NCBI RefSeq assembly: GCF_900143005.1
Contig: NZ_FRCS01000028.1
Location: 25,146-49,145, forward strand
Reading direction: 5' to 3'
Source: Cryptosporangium aurantiacum
GTDB taxonomy: Bacteria; Actinomycetota; Actinomycetes; Mycobacteriales; Cryptosporangiaceae
Length of the DNA stretch: 24,000 nucleotides
Part shown: positions 1-6,892 of the stretch, in pieces
How positions within the stretch are numbered: position 1 is the stretch's first letter
Layout: the number at the start of each line of letters is the position of its first letter
Made by a program: the position numbers and the translations under genes
Notes under the pieces: generated by a model
Database searches by the model: none
The model's input: only the letters and a program-made list of their open reading frames with translations
What the model was told of the DNA's origin: nothing

Positions 1-1050
1 GCCGCGGCTTTCGCCGGCGCGGCCGCCAGCGCGAACGGAGCCTGGTGGCGCCGCACCCAGCAGAAGGCCGGCAGCACCACGCCCGGCAGCCTCGGCACCG
101 GTGTCGCCGCGGCCAGCGTCGCCGGTGCGGTGTTCTCGATGCTGTGCTGGGCGTCCACGTCCCTCGGCAGTGCGACGTACCCGATGGTCGTCGCGGTGTT
201 CGTCGCCGCGCTGCTCGGTGGGGTGTTCGGTGGCGTCCGGGCGGGTGGCGCCGTGCTCGGCGGGCTCGTCGCGACGTTCGCCGCAACGCTCGTGAACCTC
301 TCCGCGCAGGCGCTGATCGCGCTGTTCTCGCTCGCGCCGGACAACGACCCGGAGCGCGGGACGCCGCTCGTGGTCAGCGCGATCGACTGGGGCATCTCGT
401 CCGCGGTCGGTGCGGTGATCGGCGTGTGGTGGCTGTCGCGGCGGCGCCAGCGCACCTGGTGGTCGCACTGGATGATCGTCGGGCTCTTCCCGCTCGCGCT
501 GGTGGTCATCGGTGACCTCGCCGAGCTGCTCGCCTGGCTGATGGTCGACGACCCGGCCAAGGGCGACGCGCTGGCCCAGGCCGCGCCGGGGCACGGCGTC
601 CAGCTGTTGGTGATGGGCGTGGTCGGTGGTTTGACCGCGTATATTGCCGGTCGGTCCCTGCGGGCCCACCCGGAGTGGCTGGCCCGCACTTCCAAAAGCA
701 CTGCGGGGGACGCCGTCCCGGCGGCCACCGCGGGCAATCCGGCCACGATCCCCGCGCCCCGCCCGGCCCCGGCTCCCACCCCGCCGCCCCAGCCCGCGTC
801 CGAGGGCGCGGGGTCGGAGACCGCGACCGTGCCGCTGCCCACCGTCCCCCGTGACGTCGATCCGGCCGACCGGCCGACGGTGCCGATCCCGACCCAGCCC
901 GCTCCCCCGACCCCGCCGGACGCGCCCCGGGCGAGCGCCGACACGCCACCGGCGCCGCCGGCCCGCAGCAGCAACGGCGTGATCCGCACCAACCTGACCG
1001 CGCTGATCCCGACCCAGAGCCAGCGGCAGGACACCCCCACCCAGAACTGA
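1..1050 (+). CDS. Integral membrane protein, 5'-partial (frame open to window edge), with proline-rich C-terminal tail
   Basis: Frame 1 is open from nt 1, with GC-rich third positions and hydrophobic sequence already upstream of the first listed in-frame start (GTG 130). Several TM-like segments are present (VVAVFVAALLGGVFGG, VGAVIGVWWL, MIVGLFPLALVVIG, LLVMGVVGGLTAYIAG), followed by a Pro/Thr/Ala-rich tail of about 110 aa. Stop TGA at 1048-1050. No family recognised. Confidence 0.55.
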   Translation, partial: AAAFAGAAASANGAWWRRTQQKAGSTTPGSLGTGVAAASVAGAVFSMLCWASTSLGSATYPMVVAVFVAALLGGVFGGVRAGGAVLGGLVATFAATLVNLSAQALIALFSLAPDNDPERGTPLVVSAIDWGISSAVGAVIGVWWLSRRRQRTWWSHWMIVGLFPLALVVIGDLAELLAWLMVDDPAKGDALAQAAPGHGVQLLVMGVVGGLTAYIAGRSLRAHPEWLARTSKSTAGDAVPAATAGNPATIPAPRPAPAPTPPPQPASEGAGSETATVPLPTVPRDVDPADRPTVPIPTQPAPPTPPDAPRASADTPPAPPARSSNGVIRTNLTALIPTQSQRQDTPTQN

Positions 1051-1053
1051 GAA

Positions 1054-1087
1054 GCGGATCGGTCCAGCTATAACAGGACCGATCCGC
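1054..1087. terminator. Bidirectional stem-loop terminator between convergent genes
   Basis: Perfect 12-bp inverted repeat GCGGATCGGTCC (1054-1065) / GGACCGATCCGC (1076-1087) with a 10-nt AT-rich loop AGCTATAACA. GTTTCATT follows on the plus strand and TTCTCAG on the minus strand. It sits in the 61-nt gap between two convergent stop codons. Confidence 0.6.
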
Positions 1088-1111
1088 GTTTCATTCGCCG
1101 CCGAACAGCGT

Positions 1112-1618
1112 TCAGCGGGCGGGGAACGCCTCCAACAGAGCCGGCAGTTCCTGTACCGCGTACCACTCCAGCTCGTGGTCATCGGTGCCGTCGACCGTGA
1201 ACTGGGCGTCCTCGTCGCCGAGGTCCGCGGCCATGATCACCTTCACGGCCGCGGCCACGTCCGGCTCCGCCTCGGCACCGTCGACGTGGACGGAGGCGAG
1301 CCGGTCGAGCGGGATCACCGCCGTGCTCCGCACCACCGCACGGTCGAGGTCCGGGTGCAGCGTCACCTCACGGTCGGGCACGTCCGCCGACAGCACCACG
1401 CGACGCCGCGGCGCCAGCGGATCGGCGTCCAGCAGACGCAACGCCGCCCGCGCGGCTTGCGTGAAGGCCGCGTATTCGAGAACCTCTTCGTCGTCGTCCA
1501 GGTACCACTCCCGCAGCGCGGGGGTCACCGCGAACGCCGTGAGCGGCGCCGGCCCCAGCTCCTTGTCGGCCTCGACCTGGTGGAGCATCGCCAACGTCGC
1601 CGGCAGGTAGATCCGCAT
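1112..1618 (-). CDS. Conserved-looking acidic hypothetical protein (168 aa)
   Basis: Clean ORF with high GC3. ATG 1618 is preceded by GGAGGGAG with a 4-nt spacer (minus strand ...CCGGAGGGAGTGGGATG). The protein is Asp/Glu-rich and soluble. No domain recognised by eye. Confidence 0.6.
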   Translation of the reverse strand: MRIYLPATLAMLHQVEADKELGPAPLTAFAVTPALREWYLDDDEEVLEYAAFTQAARAALRLLDADPLAPRRRVVLSADVPDREVTLHPDLDRAVVRSTAVIPLDRLASVHVDGAEAEPDVAAAVKVIMAADLGDEDAQFTVDGTDDHELEWYAVQELPALLEAFPAR

Positions 1619-1700
1619 CCCACTCCCTCCGGTCCGGCCTGGTGCCGTGACCGCACAAAGTGTCCTCTACGCGCCCGGCGATCGCGCGTGCGGCGGCAGC

Positions 1701-3314
1701 TCAGCTTCGGAAGTGTGTGGTCAGCGCCTGCAGCTGCTGGGCCATCCGGGTCAGGTCGGCCACCGCGACCTGCGACTGCGAGATCCCCTCGGTGGTGATC
1801 TGGGTCGCAGTCGCCAGCCCGGCGATGTTCGCCGCGATGCCACCGGCGCCGTCAGCGGCCGCCGACACGCTCCGGTTCATCTCGCTGGTGGTCGCGGTCT
1901 GCTCCTCCACCGCGCCGGCGATCGTCGATTGGAAGTCGTTGATCTGCGTGATCACCGCGCTGATCTCACCGATCGCCTGAATCGCGGCCTCGGTGTCGGC
2001 CTGGATCGCGCCGACCCGGGTGCCGATGTCCTCGGTGGCCCGCGCGGTCTCCTGCGCGAGTTCCTTCACCTCGTTGGCGACGACCGCGAACCCCTTGCCT
2101 GACTCGCCTGCCCGGGCCGCTTCGATCGTCGCGTTGAGCGCCAGCAGGTTGGTCTGCTCGGCGATGCTCGTGATGACCTTGACCACCGACGCGATCTCGG
2201 TCGAGGACTGGCCCAGCTTGCCGATCTGCGCGGTGGTCGTCTGCGCGACGCCGACGGCCTGGCTCGCCACCCGCGCCGCCTCGGTTGCGTTGTGGGCGAT
2301 CTCTCGGATCGACAGCCCCATCTCCTCGGTGCCGCGCGCCACGGTCTGGACGTTGTCCGACACCTGCGCCGCTGCCTCGGCGGCACCCTGGGCCTGGCCC
2401 GACGCGTCCCGCGCCGACGCCTCGATCGTGCTGGAGGTCGACGACATCTGCTCGGCCGCGGCGGCCACCTGGAACGCCGAGTCGGACACCGACGCGATGA
2501 CGTTGCGGACCTCGGTCTGCGCTTCGTCCAGCGCCCGTGCCATCTGGCCGACCTCGTCGTTGGACGCGACCTTCGCCCGCACCGTGAGGTCACCGGCCGC
2601 CATCGCCCGGAGCGCCCGCCGGACGCTCTGCAGCGGCTTGGTGATCGACAGGACGACGAACCGAGCCAGCAGGCAGAGCAGCAGCGCGGTCACCGCTGCC
2701 GTCGTCCAGAGCACGTAGTTCGCCTGCCGTCGGCTGCTCGCGGCGGCGTCCTCCTCCGCGCTGATCGTCCGCGCGAACAGCGTCCGCTCGTTCTGCAGGA
2801 CCGCGCTGGTCAGGTAGTTGTCGACCGCGATCTGGGCCCAGGAGGTCTTGGCGCCCGCCGGGTCGACCGCCGCGCCCTTGACGAACCGCGTCACGACGGC
2901 CGTGTAGTCGGTGTACGCCGTCTTGATCCGCGCCACCGCACTCGCCAACGACTTCGGGAGTTCGACGCCTTCCAGCCGGGCGAGCAGATCGTCCGCCGCG
3001 GTGACCTGATCGGCGAGGATCGACTGCTGCGTCGCGGGATCGCTCCGGACGACGCTCTGCAGTGCGCTGCTCTTGAGCTCGGTCGCCTGGCGATCGAGCT
3101 GCAGTACCAGCGCGCTGGCCTCGTTGATGTCCTGCAGCCGCGTCGAGGTGTTCTCCGCTGTCCGGTTGCTCACGCTGGTGACGACCAGACACGTGGCGAG
3201 CGCGACGAGGCTCGCTCCGACCAGGACGCCCAGCTTGATCCGGACCGGGAGGTCGAAGAACCGGCCGAACACCGACCGGCGCGCCGGCGCGCTCTCCGGA
3301 GCGGCTGCGCTCAT
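1701..3314 (-). CDS. Methyl-accepting chemotaxis protein (two TM helices, about 150 aa helical 4HB-type periplasmic domain, HAMP, signalling domain)
   Basis: TM1 is [23 protein letters not shown] and TM2 is [27 protein letters not shown]-like segment follows ([21 protein letters not shown]...[13 protein letters not shown]). The near-invariant MCP hairpin-tip sequence [35 protein letters not shown] is present. ATG 3314 is preceded by GAAGGAG with a 6-nt spacer, starting inside or just after the stop codon of the upstream gene. Confidence 0.95.
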   Translation of the reverse strand: MSAAAPESAPARRSVFGRFFDLPVRIKLGVLVGASLVALATCLVVTSVSNRTAENTSTRLQDINEASALVLQLDRQATELKSSALQSVVRSDPATQQSILADQVTAADDLLARLEGVELPKSLASAVARIKTAYTDYTAVVTRFVKGAAVDPAGAKTSWAQIAVDNYLTSAVLQNERTLFARTISAEEDAAASSRRQANYVLWTTAAVTALLLCLLARFVVLSITKPLQSVRRALRAMAAGDLTVRAKVASNDEVGQMARALDEAQTEVRNVIASVSDSAFQVAAAAEQMSSTSSTIEASARDASGQAQGAAEAAAQVSDNVQTVARGTEEMGLSIREIAHNATEAARVASQAVGVAQTTTAQIGKLGQSSTEIASVVKVITSIAEQTNLLALNATIEAARAGESGKGFAVVANEVKELAQETARATEDIGTRVGAIQADTEAAIQAIGEISAVITQINDFQSTIAGAVEEQTATTSEMNRSVSAAADGAGGIAANIAGLATATQITTEGISQSQVAVADLTRMAQQLQALTTHFRS

Positions 3315-3325
3315 GAGGTGCTCCT

Positions 3326-4411
3326 TCAGGCCGCCAGTTGGTCAGCGGTGTAGTAGCCGCCGTCGACGAGAATCCGTTGGTAGTTCGACTTGTCGACATT
3401 CACCGGCTGGAGGAGGAACGTCGGGACGGTCTTGACGCCGTTGTTGTACTGCTTGGTGTCGTTCACCTCGGGGGTCCCGCCGGTGAGCAGCGAGTTCGTC
3501 ATCTGGACGGCGACCTTCGCCAGCTCGCGGGTGTCCTTGTAGACGGTCTGGTCCTGCTGGCCGTTGACGATCAGCTTCACCGAGTCGAGTTCGGCGTCCT
3601 GGCCGGTGAGCACGGGAAGGTTCGAGCCGGAGTAACCCGCGGCCTTCACCGCCTCGAGGATGCCGCGGCTGATGCCGTCGTACGGCGAGAGCACCGCCTG
3701 GAGCCGGGCGGACCCGTAGTAGGCGGCGAGAATCCGGGTCATGCGCTGCTTCGCCACGGCGGCGTCCCAGCGCTGGGTCGCGACCTGGGCGAACGCGGTC
3801 TGCCCGCTGCGGACGACGAGCCGGCCGCTGCTGATGTACGGACGCAGCACGCTCATCGCGCCGTTGAAGAAGAACGTCGCGTTGTTGTCGTCCGCCGAGC
3901 CCGCGAACAGCTCGATGTTGAACGGCCCGCGTCCGCTCTTGAGCCCGAGCGCGGTGACCAGATACGTGCCCTGGAGGACGCCGACGCGGTAGTTGTCGAA
4001 CGTCGCGTAGTAGTCGATGTTCTCGGTGTCGCGGATCAACCGGTCGTAGGAGATGACCGGAATGTCGGCGTCGGCGGCCTTGGCGAGCACGTCTTTGAGT
4101 GCGGTGCCGTTGATCGCGCCGATGACCAGCGCCTTGTCACCGCGCTCGACCATCGCGTCGATCTGCTCGATTTGTTTGTCGACGTCGTCGTCGGCGTATT
4201 GCAGGTCGGTGCGGTAGCCCAGCAGCGTGAACTGGCGCACCATGTTCTCGCCGTCGCCGACCCACCGCTCCGATTCCTTGGTCGGCATGGCCAGGCCGAT
4301 CATGCCCCGGTCCGGGGCGCTGATCGAGTCGGCCGCCGAGTCGGAACAGCCGGCGACGACGAGCAGCGCGGCGACGAGCAGCGGCACGGCCCGATGAGGC
4401 AACAACGCCAT
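3326..4411 (-). CDS. ChvE-like periplasmic monosaccharide-binding lipoprotein (type I PBP, CUT2-class sugar ABC substrate-binding protein family)
   Basis: Signal peptide with lipobox: [22 protein letters not shown]|SDS. The mature protein carries strings I recognise from ChvE / multiple-sugar-binding proteins ([92 protein letters not shown]). I prefer ATG 4411 to the ORF-track start 4489 (a GTG), which would add 26 Arg-rich residues and overlap the upstream gene. No clear RBS at 4411. Confidence 0.88.
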   Translation of the reverse strand: MALLPHRAVPLLVAALLVVAGCSDSAADSISAPDRGMIGLAMPTKESERWVGDGENMVRQFTLLGYRTDLQYADDDVDKQIEQIDAMVERGDKALVIGAINGTALKDVLAKAADADIPVISYDRLIRDTENIDYYATFDNYRVGVLQGTYLVTALGLKSGRGPFNIELFAGSADDNNATFFFNGAMSVLRPYISSGRLVVRSGQTAFAQVATQRWDAAVAKQRMTRILAAYYGSARLQAVLSPYDGISRGILEAVKAAGYSGSNLPVLTGQDAELDSVKLIVNGQQDQTVYKDTRELAKVAVQMTNSLLTGGTPEVNDTKQYNNGVKTVPTFLLQPVNVDKSNYQRILVDGGYYTADQLAA

Positions 4412-4460
4412 ACGGCACGGATCGGCCGCCGTTCGACGCACCTGAGTGCTTCGGAGAGTT

Positions 4461-5441
4461 CTACCCCGCGATGTCGTACGGCACGGCACGCAGGCGACGC
4501 GGCGCCGACTCCGGACGGAGCGCTGCCCACGACGTCCGCAGCGAGGTTTCCAGCACGGTCGACCGTCGCCGACCGTCCATCAAATTGGAACCGAGGACCG
4601 ACAGGTCCTCCGGGCCGGGACCGAGCAGCGTGACCCGCGTGCCGGAGGCACGCAGCTGCTCCGCCTCCCGGAGCAGCTGCCGGGTGAGCACCCGGCGGAC
4701 CCGCCGCTCCAGCCGCCCGGCGAACGTCGTGGGGGCGTCGTAGGCGAACGAGGCCATCGGCGTCAGGACGTAGACCTCGTCGAGGTCGCAGCCGGCCAGC
4801 AGGTCGACCGACGCGGTGGAGCAGGTGCCGCCGTCGACGTACCGGCGGCCGCCGATCTCGATCGGGGCGAACCAGCCGGGCACAGCGCAGGACGCGCTGA
4901 CCGCGTCCGCGAGCGAGGCGTTCGGCGCGCCGTCGCGGCCGAACACGACCCGCTGACCGGTCTGGTAATCCATCGCCACGACCCACGGCTGCGGCCGCTC
5001 CGGCCACTCGTCGCACGGCAGCACCGAGCCGATCAGGCGCCGGACCCCGGTGTGGGCCGCGCGGCCGCGCGGCACCAGCCCGGACAGCGCCACGATCGGC
5101 GACATCGACAGCGGACGCCGCGCCGCCTGCCAGAGCAGCCCCGGCGAGCCCAGCGCGAACGCGGGCAGCGGGGGTCTCGGCCCGGCGCCGTCGATGTCCT
5201 CGTCGTAGTCGACCACCGGGTCGCCGTGAGCGGCCGCCCCCTGGTGGTGCCGGACGATCGACTCCACCGGCATCCCGCAGGCCAGTAACGACGCCAGTAT
5301 CGATCCCGCTGACGTCCCGACCAGCGCGTCCACCGATCGGCAGTCGAAGCCCTCGGCGCGCTCCAGCGCCGCTAACGCCCCGGTGGCCCAGGCGAACCCG
5401 AGTACTCCGCCGGCGCCGATCACCAAGCCACGTCGCGTCAT
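4461..5441 (-). CDS. Patatin-like phospholipase/lipase (326 aa)
   Basis: Oxyanion Gly-rich loop IGAGGVLG near the N-terminus, nucleophile elbow GTSAG (GxSxG), and catalytic-dyad Asp in YVDGG. ATG 5441-5439 overlaps the TGA (5440-5438) of the upstream WS/DGAT gene (ATGA). The 610-aa ORF-track version is an upstream read-through in another frame of the WS/DGAT gene. Confidence 0.88.
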   Translation of the reverse strand: MTRRGLVIGAGGVLGFAWATGALAALERAEGFDCRSVDALVGTSAGSILASLLACGMPVESIVRHHQGAAAHGDPVVDYDEDIDGAGPRPPLPAFALGSPGLLWQAARRPLSMSPIVALSGLVPRGRAAHTGVRRLIGSVLPCDEWPERPQPWVVAMDYQTGQRVVFGRDGAPNASLADAVSASCAVPGWFAPIEIGGRRYVDGGTCSTASVDLLAGCDLDEVYVLTPMASFAYDAPTTFAGRLERRVRRVLTRQLLREAEQLRASGTRVTLLGPGPEDLSVLGSNLMDGRRRSTVLETSLRTSWAALRPESAPRRLRAVPYDIAG

Positions 5442-6853
5442 ACCTTCGCCTCCGTCAGCTCGTCGATGGACTCCGCCAGCAGGCCGGCGAGCACATCGAG
5501 GTCCGGCACCGCGTCCCAGTCGGCGTTCAGGCCGTAGTAGACCTGCCCGTCGTAGGACGTCACCCCGATCGCGAGCGTCTGCCCGGCCGCGAGCGGCACG
5601 AACGGATAGATCTCGCGGAGTCGGGCACCGGCCACGAACAGCGGACGCTGTGGGCCGGGAGCGTTCGTGACGACCAGGTTGAACAGCCGGCGGGACAGGC
5701 CGGAGGCCGCCCGTGCCGCCATCGCGTTCAGGGTCGCCGGTGCGAAGCCGGAGAGCCGGACCAGAGCGTCCGCGCCGACCCGGCGACCGGGCTCGGCGTG
5801 TGCCCGCATCGCGTACGCGATCTGGGTCAGGCGGACGGTGGGGTTCTGCTCGCCGATCGGCAGATCGACCAGTGAGGTGGCGACGCTCGCCCCGACCTCG
5901 CCGCCGAACGCGGCCGGTGGGCCGCCGCGGACGCTGGTCGGGACCAGGGCTCGGAGGACACTGTCGGGACGGACCGGTGTTCCGCGGTACTGCAGCCACT
6001 GCCGCAGGGCACCGGCGACCGTCGCCAGCACGACGTCGTTGACCGTGACGTTCGGGCGGGACCGCAGCGTGCGGTAGTGCGCGAGGTCGGTCTTGGCGTC
6101 GGCGAAGCGGCGCTGCCGGCCCGGTTCGGCGTTGAGCGGGCTGGCCGGTGCCGGGCGGGCAGCCGTCAGCAGGCGGCCCGCACCGAGGACCCCGGTTTTG
6201 ACGGCGCTGACCGCGTGCGTCGGGTGGCGGACGAAATCGACCGCGGAGTGCAGCACGAGCTCGGCGGGCCCCGGCTCCGGCGCCGGACGCCACACCGGGG
6301 TCACGCCGTCAGCCGTCGCGGGGCTGTCGTCGAGCAGGACGTGCAGCAGGTCGACGCCGCTGACGCCGTCCACCAGCGCCGGGTGTGACTTCGTGATCAC
6401 CGCGACGCGGCCGTCGGCGAGCCCTTCGACGAGGTACAGCTCCCAGAGCGGACGTGACCGGTCGAGCGGCACGGAGATCAACCGGCCGACCAGCGTTCGC
6501 AGCTGGGCATCGGTGCCCGGGGTCGGTAATCCGGTGCGCCGAACGTGATAGGCAAGGTCAAATCGGGTGTCGTCCACCCACACCGGCTGCCCGAGACCCG
6601 CGGGCAGCGAGCGGACGCGCTGCCGGAACCGCGGCACGAGCGCGATCCGCTGCTCGACCCGGCGCCGGAGCGCGGCGACGTCCAGGCCCTGTGCGGACGG
6701 TTCGAGGAGCGCGAGGCCGCCGACGTGCATGGGTGTGGTCGGGGTCTCGGCGGAGAGGAACGAGACGTCCATCGGGTGAAGGCGATCGGGCACCGCTCCC
6801 ACCTCCTCGGACGTCGCGCTGGCACCCCGGTGTGACACCGCTGACACTCTCAT
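5438..6853 (-). CDS. Wax ester synthase/diacylglycerol acyltransferase (WS/DGAT) family O-acyltransferase
   Basis: N-terminal DRLHPMDVSFL...TPMHVGGLALLE, the PLWELYLVEGL block, the active-site region ITKSHPALVDGVSG, and C-terminal VTNAPGPQRPLFVAGARL...AIGVTSYDGQVYYGLNAD are all typical of the family. Start is uncertain: ATG 6853 has no RBS, and GTG 6793 (giving MPDRLHPMD) is preceded by GAGGAGG. A WS/DGAT gene (Rv3234c/Rv3233c) lies at the equivalent position near Rv3235/secA1 in M. tuberculosis, as I recall. Confidence 0.88.
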   Translation of the reverse strand: MRVSAVSHRGASATSEEVGAVPDRLHPMDVSFLSAETPTTPMHVGGLALLEPSAQGLDVAALRRRVEQRIALVPRFRQRVRSLPAGLGQPVWVDDTRFDLAYHVRRTGLPTPGTDAQLRTLVGRLISVPLDRSRPLWELYLVEGLADGRVAVITKSHPALVDGVSGVDLLHVLLDDSPATADGVTPVWRPAPEPGPAELVLHSAVDFVRHPTHAVSAVKTGVLGAGRLLTAARPAPASPLNAEPGRQRRFADAKTDLAHYRTLRSRPNVTVNDVVLATVAGALRQWLQYRGTPVRPDSVLRALVPTSVRGGPPAAFGGEVGASVATSLVDLPIGEQNPTVRLTQIAYAMRAHAEPGRRVGADALVRLSGFAPATLNAMAARAASGLSRRLFNLVVTNAPGPQRPLFVAGARLREIYPFVPLAAGQTLAIGVTSYDGQVYYGLNADWDAVPDLDVLAGLLAESIDELTEAKV

Positions 6854-6892
6854 CGTGACATGGGTTACTCCCCAGTACCCACAATCAGGTGA

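Noticed and set aside
3338-4633. 431-aa ORF on the plus strand, and the similar 2292-3353 ORF (353 aa) and 8120-9658 ORF (512 aa)
   Set aside because: Each is antisense to a gene with clear family motifs (ChvE-like SBP, MCP, SAF/ATPase). The compositions are typical of antisense frames in GC-rich DNA.
5442-6293. Upstream extension of the patatin ORF to 610 aa
   Set aside because: It overlaps the WS/DGAT gene in a different frame with an Arg/Pro/Gly-rich translation. The patatin homology (GAGGVLG onward) starts at ATG 5441, which also forms an ATGA junction with the WS/DGAT stop.
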